Shown: positions 36,473 to 49,530, counted from the stretch's first letter. The stretch: DNA of 64,000 bases from Vicugna vicugna (GCA_013265495.1 MU061538.1:2437339-2501338); one strand, 5' to 3'. Made by a program: numbers and translations. Notes: generated from the sequence alone by a model not told the origin.

Positions 36473-39400
36473 AAGTGTGCTGTACCTTCGATATCCCTAA
36501 CCGCTTTCAAAGCTGATGACAGTAAAAGTGCCCACCCTCATGTTCGCAGGGTGTTTACAATAAAGCTCAGAGCCACATGGACCCAGTGAAGGGGCCAGTT
36601 ATCTCGGCACCCAGGAAGGGGAGCACCACCATCACTGGGCACGACTCAACCTCTAGTTGTGGAAAATCAAGGTCCAAAGGGAACTGAACGGAACGGCTCA
36701 GCACCTGGCTGAGAGGCAGCAGCTCAGCTCGGCTGGAGGGTGAAGCAGAGGCAACGCTGGGCTTGAAGCAGAAACCTCAGTTTTCGCTGAGCCCACGAGT
36801 TGTCCAGCTTTGAGCAGGTCGCTTCACCCCGCTCAATCTCACGTCCTTCCCTGCAAAGCACGAGGCTGACGGGATGATTCTGAGGTTCCCTCCACACTTG
36901 ACACTGGAATCCAAAGGCTCACGGGTATCTGAGATCAGGAAAGGACGCTTAGGAAATTGACTAGTGAAGGTATCACCACACTTGTATTCGAAAGGAGACC
37001 CACTTAGCATGAAGGCGAAATTCAGTGCTCACAGTGACCCCAACGTGCTGCAGTCAAGGGGGAAACAGACTCTCTACATGTCAGTAAAGCCCCAGTTATC
37101 ATGCCACCTGCTCCTTCCCCCTTCTGTCTTCAGCTGGCACCGCAGCCCCCGCCCGAGGCCTGGCGCTGTCCCTGGCGGCACCTGGACGGGGGCCGTGCCG
37201 TTCCTCAGGCACCCGCTCCCTCCTGCCCTAGTGCCTCATCTCGTGTCACCGGGAGATGCCACGGAATAATTCACCGTCTGGTATTAGCATCAACCACCGA
37301 ACAAACTGCTTCTCTTTAAAGGATTCAGCGTGGAAAGGACACTTCAAAGACACACAGGGGGCCTCTATCAGGGGCTTTTAGGCAGCGTGGCAAACTCCTG
37401 GAGAGGGCCCCCCACCCCTCTCGGTGGGAGGCTGTCTCCTCTGCCGAGCGGAAAGCAGCCATCAGACGTGCTGCGATCACCAGTTACAGCTGGTCTGCGC
37501 AACTCTTGTCCCACCAGCGCAAGGACGGTGGGGTTTACCGGGTTACCCGACCCAGGAGACTGTGTGCTTCTGTTTTATGCCTGGCTGGCTGGCCGAGCGC
37601 TCAGCGGCAGTCCCCACTTGGGGGGCAGCACGTCTTCATGCTAACGCAGAACAGTCTCCTGGGGGCTTCACTGCAAGAACTGACAATGTATTTTGGAACT
37701 GGCCTCTGAATAAGCCAGCATCAGCCCAGGCCAATCACTCAGGACCACAGGGAGCCCCTGAGCGTCCACTTTCTCCTCTTGGCCTCAAGGACTCTTGGCT
37801 CAGCTGGAGCGTCTAACGGCCCGGACACCTTCTCTTGTCATTCCACTGCACGGGCTCTCCTTCCGCAAAGCGATGCTGCCCCATTGCTTTCTGAGCTGTG
37901 TGTGGAGCACTTATCAAAACTCCCAGTTACTAAATTCTCTTTAGGTTGTCTCCCTACAAAATTATAATCTCCACGAAAACGGAGACCCGAGCCTGTGTTG
38001 GCTCTTACGCCCACATCAGAGCCTCGCACACAAGGCACTTGGGGCTGGATATTTGTTGGTTAGCGGCGTCATACCAGTGCTGAGGGCGCACCGCGGTGCC
38101 GGGCACTAGAGACGTTCTTAGAGGGGCAGGGACACCGGACTCAAAAAGGCCACGCTCGCCCAAGAGGGAGACGCCAGGGTGTGGACCCAGGCAGCGCACT
38201 CCAGAGCCCGTGATCTGTGGCCTCTCGCTGTCTGGACACCTTGGAAAGGAAGACGTTAGTCCTGTTTTATAGAAACAAGACTCAGGCTCAGGAAAGTTAA
38301 GCTTTAACGCAAGGTCACAGTGCTAGTAAGTGACAGAATCAGAAACGAGCTGCTTGGCCCGTAAGCCCGGGATTCTCCAACGACGGCCTGGGGCCAGTGG
38401 CGCAGCAGCCCTTGGGAACCCGCAGAAAGGCTAGTTCTCAGGACGTCCCCAGACCAGCGGGGTCCCGGCGAGCCCCCTGGGGACTGACGCACGCTGCGAC
38501 CCGCTCGCTCTCCCGCTGATCATAAACGCTTCCGAGCTCCTGTCCGGGTGGGAATGGCTGGACCGCCGGGTCTTCACGGGAGGGGGTCTGAGTGAAGACA
38601 CAGACTGAGGACCAAAAGCTCTCTAAGGGCGTGGAGAGAGCGGGCAGATTTGCTGACCGGGAGGAAGCAGCCTGAGCACTCTCTCAATCTTTCTATATCG
38701 CATCTAAATTCAAGCCTCATCGGTTGCCAAACACTGTCTTCTGACTCAAGAAGTGAATCAATCTCCCAGTATCTTCTGCAGGTGACGGAAAATTCCATTC
38801 CCCTCTCGGTGAGTTTCTGGGCCTTTCTGGGTACAGTTCAAACACGAGGGGCTCTGTGCCCACGGAAACGCTACCCAGGCCTTCCTGGCTGAGCCGCCTG
38901 TGTCGCACCAGGCATTTAACGTGTAGCAGCGCTGGCTCTGAGGGGACGCGGACCCACTACACCGTCCCGCGATTTTGAAAGCAGAAGTGATGAAGTGATG
39001 AAATTAAAGAGCCACCAGCTCTTCCCTCTCAGACATCCCCTCCGACGTTGCCGGGGTGACGGGTCTCAGAACTTTGCTCTTCTCAAGGTGCTGTGACAAA
39101 CCATCAGCCTTGTCTCCAGCCGCTCCGGGCTCATTATCCAGTCTGCGGGTGACCCCCGGTCTTTGAAGCTCCCGTCTCCTCTGGCTCTTCACCCCTCAGC
39201 TGGTCACTGCTCATCAGCACCTCCCCAGACCGTGCGCGAGGGAGCCAGAGCAAGTCCAGCTCAGAAGCTCACCGTCTCCAGCATCTGTGCTTGGGAGACG
39301 GTTGCCACGGCTCTGCTGGGACCGGCTCCGGGCCACGCTGTGAGGCGCTCGAGGACGATTTCTGCTACCTTTCGAGCTCCTCATCAGCGATCTTTTCTAT

Positions 39401-39774
39401 TAGTCATACACCAAGACAATAAAAGATAAAGGGACCTAGAATAAAACCAGAAAATTCACGACAAAGATGCCACGGGTATTAATTTATGGAAAATAATCAC
39501 CCTACTATTAAATACACATTAATTTAATCAACTAAGGGATATAATTAAATACATGCCAATTTAAATAGCTGTGTAATTGAATTATATCAGCAAAGAGTTT
39601 TGAAAAATTACAGAATCAGCAAAATTTTAAATGATAAAGCCTGCTGCCTTATGCAGTAAGTATGTGACTGATTAAGCACACAAAACAATTTGAAAATATG
39701 TATTATTTACCTTAAAAAAGCATTCAATACTTCAATTAAAAAAGAAATCAATGGGCAAAAAAAAAGTGTGTTCC

Positions 39775-40245
39775 TACTTTTTGACTCGGTAATTTCTTGT
39801 CACGAATATTTCAGGCCAGAGTTATTTCACTGCATCAACTGTAAAACTGAATTTTGTAAATAGTACAGACGCCCAACAGAAAAATGGCTAAACTTTTGTA
39901 AATCCATTCAATGAAATATTATGTAACTATTTAACAATTATGTTTAGAACAAGCATTTAATTGTATGAAATGCAAACTGAATCACAGTGGGCAAAGTGTT
40001 GTGATACAAAACTAATTACTGTAACTGTAAAATAATTACTACAGCTATAGTTGTTATTATAACTAAGTGTGTCTGCTCTTGGAAACAAGACTAAGGGAAT
40101 AAACTAAAATATCAGTAGTGACTGTCTATGGATCCTGGGTCTACTGGTCCCGACTGTAAGAAAATTTCCCCGCTACTTTCTGTGTTTTCTACTTTCTGTT
40201 CTGGATTACCTTTACAACGGGAAAATCAATAAATAATAAAAATTA
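39775..40245 (+). mobile_element. Ancient L1ME-type 3' remnant
   Basis: tttgactcggtaatttctt...aaatggctaaacttttgtaaatccattcaatgaaatattatgtaactatt...tttctgtgttttctact. Confidence 0.6.
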
Positions 40246-41814
40246 ACCAACTACCTGAAATGAACCTGGCACCAGCACTGGAAACGGGGGATAAAATAAT
40301 GAACAGCCGCCATCCTAAACCCTGCGGGGCACACAGGGTGGGGCAGCAGAGACAGCACAGGGGTGGGGAGCCCCGCCGGGGTGGGGAACCTCAGGGGGTG
40401 GTGCTTTCACGTCCGACACCACCCCGTTCACTCCAGCGCTCGCTGCTTCTCTCACTGTTGCCTCTGTCTCAAACGGGTCCCTGCGTCAACGGATCATTCA
40501 TCTCAACTGCAATCGACATTCCAGAGACGAGCGAAGACACGGTGGGCGTCTCCAGCCCCGCAGTGCCGGGGCTCTGCTCCCCCAGGACCAGACCTAACTG
40601 GGCACCTGCGTTGCTGCTGCCAAAAGAGACGTCAGCATCTTCCCACCGTCTGGGCTGGCAGGACAGCATCCGTGGGGCAGCGGCCAGTCCTCCACCACCC
40701 AGCGCTAGGGTGGGAGGGACCTGACGGGGCCACCTGGAGCCGAGCCGGCAGCCCCGCCCTGCCTCTCACATGCATGCTGCGGTGGGAGCAGCGGAGCCCT
40801 TCCTGTCCAGAGTTTGACGTCAGATGGCACAGACGACTCTGGAAGCGCCCAGCAGAGGGAAGGTGCAGCGAGGGCCCGGGAGAGACGCATAGGCTCCTGA
40901 TGGGTATGAGGTAGCATTCGGGGCATGAGGCAGGGTCACTTAAATCTCCCAAAGCGGGCAGCCTGGACTCAGAGCAGCTCCACTGCCCACCCGACACAGC
41001 CTGGGGTGGCCCGCCAGACGTCCCTGAGACTAGCTCTCTCGGTCGCCAGGTGCCCTTGTGCACCAGTGCAGAGCACGTGGGCAGATCTCAGTGCAGGGTG
41101 GACACCTGCTCCACACTCATTCCACTCCAGTTCCTCAGCGCCTGGATCCGAGCCCTGAGAGGAGCTGCTAAGTATCCCAGCATCACAATGTGGGGCCCAG
41201 TGACCAGAGCAGGAGTCAGGAACCTTCTGGAACCCAGCGTCCTGTTCCCTGCACTCCCTCGGGCAGGGCTCTGTCGTCCTGATGGCCCCTGCCCATGGCA
41301 GGCCTCCCTCCTGTCTGATGCACAAACACGACTGTGACTCGCAGAGCCGCCCTGGGGTGGGTCCCGGTCATTCTTCCGAGATCTGCCTGGTGGGGGGGCC
41401 ACGGCTGCTCGCACCACAGCACTGGCCACAGCCTTTCATTAAACACACACTGACGTGCCTCACGAGTGTTTAAAATTACAGCCTCGTACGAGCCCCTGGG
41501 CACGTGCTGCTTTGATCCCCAGGTTCAAGGCAAATGGAATGCAGAGAGGTGGAGCGATTGGCCCAGCGGCTCAGCTAGGGTTCGGCCCAAGCTCTTAGCT
41601 CCAGGATCTGCTCTGGCCTCTGGACCAGGCTGCTCCATCTGACACTCAGGGGTACCCTCTGAAACTAGTGCTAAAGAAATGTCTGGAGGAATGCATTCTC
41701 CAGGGCCATGCATCTTGGCCAGTCACTGAGAGTCAGGCCGGCGACCTCGCAATGCCTGGAGACACTCACCTCTCGGCGCAACACCGCTCACACCCTGCCT
41801 CCAGGTCTCATTAA

Positions 41815-42149
41815 TGCCTCTCATTGGCCGGGGCTGCTGAAACAGAACACCATGGACCAGCAAACATTTATAGCTCACACTCTGCAGGCTGGAAGTCTAA
41901 GATCAGGGTGCCAGCGTGGGTGAGTTCTGGTGAGGACCTTCCTCCTGGTTCACAGACTGCACCTTCTTGCTGTGTCCTTGTGTGGAGAAGAGACAAATCA
42001 CCTCTCTTGTGTCTCTGCACCACTTCCACTCATAAGGGCACCATCCTCACGACCTAATCACCCCCAAGGCTCCCCGTCTAAGACATCACCCTGGGGATAA
42101 AGGTTTCCACATGTGAATTTGGGGGGATGCAAACATTCGGTCCATAGCA
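41815..42149 (-). mobile_element. MLT1A-type solo LTR (ERVL-MaLR)
   Basis: ggctggaagtctaagatcagggtgccagc...ttctggtgaggacc...acatgtgaatttggggggatgcaaacattcggtccatagca is the reverse complement of the MLT1A consensus as recalled. Confidence 0.9.
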
Positions 42150-43726
42150 ATGCCTTCCCGTCCTGCTCTGCAAAGCCCGTGTCTGTTCCACCTCCTTCAG
42201 GAAGCCTTCCATGACTACCTTCCTCTAACTCACGGACACCGGTCACTACTATGTGATGAAGTGAATCTTAATCTCGGAACTGCAGCAATCACTAAGCACA
42301 ATTCCTCGTCTCAAAACACAGGGGCGCTAAGACTCTAGTTTCTACAATTCTGTAATAACTTCCCTAGATTATGTCATGTCCATATGTCTCGTCCAAATAG
42401 TAATCTCCTTTAGGCCACGGTCGCGTCCTCGATTCTTCCTTTATCTTGCACAAGCGCTGACACAGCTCGGGGCAAACACAGGGCCGATGTATCAGCCTGA
42501 GCCGTCTTGAGTTCTTCGTCTCCAGCCTGGTGCCCCCCCCACCCCAGCTCTTCCAGCTCCGGCCGCAGCTGAGCTCCTGGGGGCCTCATGCAGCCTCACC
42601 TTCTGCTCCAACGTGACACCGCATCTCGGGGTCACACGGAGAGAGGGGGCGGTGTCTGGGACCTGCCCCTCCAGCTCCTACCTCCCACCATGTCACCCCC
42701 ACCTCTCTTCAACTCGCCAGCCACAGGCCCAGGGTGCCTGTTAATGACAAAACAGAAGATGCCCTCTGAAATGCCCAAGGTGGTATTGGTGCTCCTTAGG
42801 GGCTGCCAGCAGGTGAGCAGGCACCCCGCCTATCCGGGACTGCCTGGCGTTAGCACTGGACATTCCAGAAAAACTGGGAGAGCCTGTCACCCTGGGTTCA
42901 GGTGACCCATAAATGGCTGGGAGGGCTCAGCTGATCTTCACTATTTGTGTCGTGGGTGGAAAACCCCCGGGATGATCAGTGAGGAAAACCACGGATATAA
43001 GTCCCACTTCCCGCACCTCCTTGTGCGGACGCTCACGCCCGCATGCCCGCACAGGTGCGCCAGCTGTGACGGCACCTGGGATGGTCCTTCAGAGAAGGGC
43101 TGCTTTTGCTCAGGCTTAGCCGGAGCATTCCAGGTCCTCCTAGACTCACAAGGAGCCACAGGACGGTGACACATCACACGACAGGAACCATGGCTGGAGC
43201 TGGGGGAGGAGGGTGGCCAGAGAAGGCCTGCTCGTCTGATGTCACACATCCAGCCTTGCACTGAAGGACACACTTCTCTTAAAGACAGCCATGGCAGTGA
43301 CTGCCTTAGAGGCACCGCCTAAGGAGCCCCGCCTGCCTGTTTCAGAAGAGGCCGCCCCTGCCAGGGGCCTCCCCGCCACCCACCTGGGCGCCTGGCTCGG
43401 CTTTGAGCTCAGCAGGGAGCATGTGGTGAAATATTTTAATATGCAGCCAATCTTCTGCTGTGAGCTTGGTAATTAGCACTTCTGGAAAATCAGTCACTCC
43501 AGATTTTTAGCAAAATGAAAATGCAAATTAATAAGGCAAAATTTCAGACTCCTTGTAATTTCAGGAGACATTTAAGCTGCATAAGATCACTTGGGTCATG
43601 GAGATGTGACTTGGAGGAGAATTAATGGGACCTCCATCAGTGAGGGGCTTCCTTCGGGGCTGCCTCAGGGTCTCTCTCCCCTGCTGAGAACTAGCCCATT
43701 GTCGTCACTGCGGGGTGACAGTGACA

Positions 43727-44207
43727 CAGACGGACCCCCACGCACGATGGTCCCACTTACGACTTCAGTTTTATGGTGGTGGGAAAGCCACACGCATTCA
43801 GCAGAAGCTGTACTTGGGGCTCCGAAGTTTGCTCTGCGGACCGATCCCGTCTCGGGATGCTGGGCGGGGCAGTGAGCGCAGCCCCCAGGCAGCCCCGCGA
43901 TCACGAGGGGAAACCACGACGCTCTGACCTCCATCCCGGACCCAGACAGACGTGCCGCTTTCCAGTGTCAGTACAGCCTCCAGTAAACAACACGAGACGC
44001 TCAACCCTCACTGTAGAGCAGGCTTTGTGCTGGAGGGTTCTGCCCACCTGTAGGCTAACGGGAGCGTCCTGAGCACGTGTAAGGTGGGCCGGGCTAAGCT
44101 GTGCTGTGAGGTGGGGCAGGGGCAGTAAATGCATTTTGACTTAGGAGTTTTTCAGTTTACGACGGGTTTATTGGGCCGTAACCCCACTGGAAGCCAAGGA
44201 AGATCGG
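43727..44207 (-). mobile_element. MER47/Tigger5-type (TcMar-Tigger) non-autonomous DNA transposon, near full length
   Basis: Left end cagacggacccccacgcacgatgg, internal aggctttgtg...ctgcccacctgtaggctaa...ctgagcacgtgtaagg, right end aaatgcattttgactta...gggtttattgggccgtaacccc. Subfamily name is from memory. Confidence 0.8.
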
Positions 44208-44704
44208 TGCTGCAATCCACATTAAGTGTAGAGGCTGTCACCTCACACAAATTCCTGTTAGAGGCGCCCAGTCACCACCCTTTGATCCTGAAAAGGCCTC
44301 TTGAAAGGTGACATGTAACCGGCAGTGGAAAAGTAAGGAGAGGTAACAGTTCTCAAACAGAAGTGGTGCAGGAGGAGGAGGGCGGGGAGCTGTGCGTCCC
44401 ACGCCCTGAACCTCTCACTAACGCGGTGGGTGCGTCTCTGCTCAGAACCTGCAGTGACGCCCGCATCACGGGAGTGGCAACTGAGAACCCCTGGAGGGCG
44501 ACCCCTGGCCACGCTGGTGCTTCTTGAGCCCAGACTCTTATAAATGATTCCCCTACCAGCACCGGAGGGTGTCCTGTGCACACGAGGACACGACCTGAAA
44601 GAAAAAGCTGGCCACCAAGTGAGGAAGGGAAGTCACACTCATCCGCTGATCTGGACCACAACGAAGAGCCGCGTTTCCAAGCGCCTGCTGCGTCCTGTGC
44701 GTGA

Positions 44705-44865
44705 TCACCACCGTGTGGTGCGAGTGCATACACTCCGCCAGGTTCTCCCAGTAATCACACAAAGCAGGCATCTTAATCATCCTCGTTTTGCGGACAAGGA
44801 AACTGACTCAGAGGGTTCAAGGTCAGAAAAGTAAGAGGGTCACTTGGCTCCGAAGTCTATGTTCT
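44705..44865 (-). mobile_element. MIR SINE remnant
   Basis: atcatcctcgttttgcggacaaggaaactgactcagaggg. Confidence 0.6.
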
Positions 44866-45445
44866 TCTGTTCTGAAATTTTCTCATCCTTTGAGCCAGAA
44901 TTCTACCTTTGGCTCAGATTCAAGACACTCTCGGGTTTCTCCTTCCACATCAGCGGCCAAGGGAGAAAGCTAACATTCACTATGCCACGCTAGGCTCCGG
45001 CAGCCCTCCCAGTGCCCCGGGGGTCCTTCTACCCCTTACAGGGGAGGAGACCAAGGCTCTGAGGGGTCCTTGAAATCACACGGCCCCGTGAGCAGCAGGG
45101 CCGGGCTTCTGTCCAGCCCGGCAGCTGCTGAGCTTGCCTGTTCTCTTCACCGCAGGAGCGCGTCCCAAGGTCTGGTTGAGCGCCACCCACCCCCGCGTCT
45201 GGGTGTGCTCTGAGTGCCACCGGCGCTGCTGTGCACGTTACTTTCCCCAGTCATTTCTCTCTTTCAATGTAAGCGAGTTGCACTTGTAAGGGACACTTTG
45301 TCTCTGGCGTACAGGGAACACCAGTGTTCTCAGCAGAGAAGGGGTGGTCGGCATAAATAAACAGCAACAAAACAAGACACTCTTTCTAAACCTGCCCAGG
45401 CCTCCTGCAGGGCCGGGCCCGAGGCTTAGCGCTCTTTGCGATTTT

Positions 45446-45571
45446 GGGGGTTGGGGCGGGGGGGTAGTTAGGCTTATTTATTTATTTATTTTGATGGAGG
45501 TACCAGGGATGAACCCAGGGCCTCGTGCAGGCCAAGCACACGCTCTACCACTGAGCTGTGTCCCCTCCCCC
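45446..45571 (-). mobile_element. Camelid Vic-1-type tRNA-derived SINE
   Basis: Reverse complement ggggaggggacacagctcagtggtagagcgtgtgcttggcctgcacgaggccctgggttcatccctggtacctccatcaaaataaataaataaataagcctaactacccccc. Has a Pol III A box (agctcagtggtagag), a B-box-like ggttcatcc and a (TAAA)n tail. Confidence 0.85.
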
Positions 45572-46066
45572 GTCTCTGCTTAAAAGGAGACCAGCGGGCC
45601 CTGGGGGCTGTCAGGGACCTTCTCCTGGACTAAAAGCTGACGTTTGAAAGAGAACTGAACACGGAATGACTTCCTCACTGTGTGCTTCAACCCTCCTCAA
45701 CGCTTCCTCATGCAGAACCTAAACTCACGCCCAGACCATCCACCCAGTGCTCCTCACTTTGTTCTGTAAGATTAACGGCCCCCATCTGGGGGGTGTGGAG
45801 AGAAACCGGCCTAAGGAAGTGTTTGGGTAGCATCAAAACACCGTGAAGTTGCTGCTCACAGGTGGTTTCTGTGCAGCCAGGATGGTGCATCACGAAACAA
45901 AACCCTGGAAAGTGTTCCTGGCCTCACCAGCCTTGCTTTATCCACCTGGTACAACAGGAGGGTGGAGCCACGGGGAGCACGTGATCACAGGTCCTTAAGG
46001 CAGTGGGCTGCCTTGTATGCAGAAGGTGTGCAAAGACCGCTGAATGAGCCGGGTTCATTATGGCCA

Positions 46067-46085
46067 GTGTCACCAGGGGGCAGAG
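46067..46085 (+). promoter_or_regulatory. Candidate CTCF motif
   Basis: gtgtCACCAGGGGGCAGag, core intact with a weaker 5' flank. Confidence 0.4.
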
Positions 46086-47314
46086 ATGAGAGCAAGTGGA
46101 GCCAGGCTTCCTTCCTGTCCTCCACACTTCCACTCACTGCAAATCAGGCTGAAATGAGAATAAAGGCAGCTGCAGGGGGCAACGACCCCGGGCCTGGGTG
46201 CGAGGTCTGCGGAGAGGGTGCGGGGGAGGAAGCCAGCCCCTCTTCTGGCGCCTTGTGCCAGGGGGGAGGGTCCCGGCTGCGGGCTGCCCGTCCCAGCTGG
46301 TGGCACCATTCCTCCCTCTCCCTTAGGCTGCAATGGCTCCACGGGGAAGACAGCTCCACCGGCCAGGAGGGCACTGCGGTTCCGCGAACACAGCTCATTT
46401 ATCTTCTTCGTCGTGATGGACAGGTTACTGACAGTGCGACAAGCTGTGCTGCCCACATGCCGAGTCCTGGATGGGCCCCCCGCCACTGCCCAAGCTCCAG
46501 GACTCACCTAAACCCTGCTCACCGTCCCCACGGTTCTACTGCATGTTTGTCATTGGTGCCGCTCCCGATGGAAGGCTGACACTGCCCTGAAGGCAGCTTC
46601 ACGAGCCTTACTGATGGCTCCTTCTGGGAAAGGAAACAAAACTCTGCATGGATGTCCTCCAGATGCCCTCCCGCTGACCGATGGTAACCTAGGCGTCTGA
46701 GCACATACATTCCTTCAAAGGATGCTAAGGTTTCACCTGTTCACTTTGATGAACATCTTAGTAAAATTAACGTGGCACGTTCTAGGCCACCCGGACGACT
46801 GTCTGGCAAACAAGTCCAATCACCTAGCTGCCCGCGCAGGTACGTTTACAAGCACGTGACTGCCAACAACACGACTTCAGCTGCCCTGGGCCGGCGAGAC
46901 AGTGGCGTGTAAGCAGTAGATTTCTGCCAAGCAAAGCAACCATCATTTCATGCTGCTTTATTCCAAAGACGGTCCCTCAGCAGCCGAGTGAGGAGAAGGC
47001 CCGGGGACCTGGGTCGCAGTGCGGCGCAGGGTGAGACAGGCCAGGAGCAGAAACGGTCGCGCCGGAACGGCCGGCATCACAACCACGCTTCAGCCGCGAG
47101 CCGGGCTCCGCGCAGCGCCAGCGCTGGAAGCTGACTGCAGCTTTTCGGTTTGTTGGTTTTACAGGTTTGTCGAAGTTAGCTGGTAAATTACACTTGGCTT
47201 CATCAGTTATGTAGGTTTACATCTAGTTTTATGTTTGCACCTATTTAAGCACCATTTTAATAAAGTGACGTCAATCTCCTTCAGTAGTGTATTTATCACC
47301 ACATTAGTAGATCG

Positions 47315-49530
47315 ATTTTATTCATGAACATAGATGCAAAAGTCCTAAAGACAGTATTAGTTTGAAAAAATCCAGCAAAATGTGTATGTCTTTAAGAAAG
47401 TCGGATTTATCTAGTTGGATTTATCCTAGTAACGTGGCCGGGTTTCTGTTGATCAATAAAATATTACACAGAGAGATTAAAGAAGAAAAGCCGTGTGGGT
47501 CATCTCAACAGACACAGAAAACACACTTCAAAATTCAGAATCCATTCAAGATAATGAATAACTGAACACAAACCACAACGGCAAAGGCAAAAACAAAACA
47601 AAGAGCAAAACTTCAGCACAAACTAGAAACAGAAATGACCCTCCTTGAACTGGTCCAGGGCCGTCTACCACGTAAGCCTGCAGCAGCTTCACAGTGAACG
47701 GTGGAAGCGTTCCCTTCATGATCAGACAGAAGACGGGGACTGGGTTCCTGCCACCACCATCCTACCCCGCGTAGTGCTGGTGGTCGAGCACAGCACGGCG
47801 AGGCAGAGAGGGGCAGAGGGAGCAGGGTGGGGAGGAAGAAACAATGTGTCCCCGTTTGGAGAGGCTACGATCGCCTAAATCCACGGTCCAGAGAAACCAC
47901 AGATGAACTATTGGAATTAAATGAGGTTAGCAAGTCTGATGGGTATGAAATCATGTAAAAAGTCAACTACGATTCTATTCCCAGCGAATATAAATTCAAA
48001 AAATTTCATTTTAAAAAATGAAATAAATGCAGTAGTTCCAAAAATACTCTAATACCTAGGAATAAACGAAAGTCAAATACGCACAAGAAATTTATGGGGA
48101 AAATTAAAAGGCTTTAGTGAAAGACATTTTTTGAACAAGTAAATAGGCAGCTATACCAGGTACTGGAAAGGTCAAGAGCTGAAGGTTATAAATTCTCCCA
48201 CAACCGGTGTATAGATGTAACGCAGCTCCAACTTATCTCCCCAAAGAGATTCTAAGAGAACACACACACACACACACAAAGTACCAAAGATGATGGCCAG
48301 GACGTGCCTGGAGCTCAGCATGCGCGCCTGGTGCAACAGACGCAGCAACCCCGACTGCTGACAGGATGCACCACACCTACCATGAAGCTACACTCACTCG
48401 GGACGTGTGGTTCTGTCCCATCAGCAGACAAGAGGCCAGCGGGTCAGCACAGAGTCTGAAACCAAACCCCTGCACACACGGAAGACGACAAATGGCAGAG
48501 GCAGCCCTGAAGATCAGTGAGAAGAGGAAGTTGCTTTTCAATAAATGGCTCTGGGACAATGATCATTCCCGTGGAAAAACAATTGTGAGTCTGCTCCACA
48601 GCCCACCCCAAAGTCTATTTCAGGTGGAGTAAAGACCTATGGGGGAAAGACAAAATTACAAAGATGGGAGAAGATTAGGAGAATGTCTTTTTGCTCCCAG
48701 ATTAAAAAGACATAAATGCAAACCATAAATGCATAAATTTGATTTCAGTGAAATTAACATCTTTTCCTATCCAAAAATATCAAAACAAGAGGGAAAGGAT
48801 AAGCTATAAATCACAAGAAAATACTGGCCATAATAAAATGGACAAACAATTAGAATTCAAATATATAAAGAAATTGTACGTATCAACGAGAAAGGGACAA
48901 ACTACCCAAAAGAAAAACAGGTAAGTCCTGAACCAGCATTTCACAGAAGACGTAACATGAATAATAAATATACCTATGAAAAATGCTCAGCCTCAGTCAA
49001 GCATATGCAAATTAAAACCCACAGAAACTTTGGCACATGAGCACCAGGAAACATGAGCAAAAATGTACTGAATGACACTAAAAACATTTTAAGCTAACTA
49101 CAAATAGCCTGCATATCCATGGACAGGAGACCAGATATACTCACTGGAACATATTAGTACAATGGACTACCATACAGCAGTGAAAAAGGTTCAGTTACAG
49201 CTACATGTACCAGTATCCACAATGATCATGGTGTCGAGTGCAGAAATCAAGGAACAGGAGTATATACAAGTATATACAAGGTATGGTAACAGTCACTTAA
49301 AGTTAAAACCATAACCAATATGTAGTTTAGGGATTCATCAGTACATGGTCAAACTTTTGAAAAAACCACGGGGAAGCATAAAGAAAATTCAGACTCTGGT
49401 GGTCTGGTGGGGGAGGGGAGAGACAAGTTCCACGCTTCATGCTGAGTGGAGGGTCTGTGAGTGACTGTTTTATTATTTTTCACACTTCACACATATTCTT
49501 TTGTCTTTATAAAGTATTTCATTAACAGAC
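47315..49530 (+). mobile_element. Ancient, heavily degraded L1 (ORF2 RT through C-terminus and 3' UTR; L1MD/ME-like), with deletions and inserted sequence
   Basis: atgaacatagatgcaaaagtc = MNIDAK(V)L. EKPCGSSQQTQKTHFKIQNPFKI resembles [24 protein letters not shown]. gaaaaatgctcagcctc...atgcaaattaaaac resembles KCSTSL..EMQIK. Confidence 0.85.

Noticed and set aside
37163-37185. REST/NRSE-like sequence ggcgctgtccctggcggcacc
   Set aside because: Only one half-site matches (about 14 of 21 positions) and the TTCAGCACC half is absent.
45490-45571. Possible tRNA gene
   Set aside because: The tRNA-like head is followed by a (TAAA)n and C-rich tail, the B box is degenerate and no cloverleaf can be completed. 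It is a SINE.
45962-46579. 205-aa ORF on plus, and other 100-190 aa GC-rich ORFs throughout
   Set aside because: Overlapping ORFs occur in several frames on both strands with no homology or consistent splice structure, which is the signature of chance ORFs in GC-rich intron.
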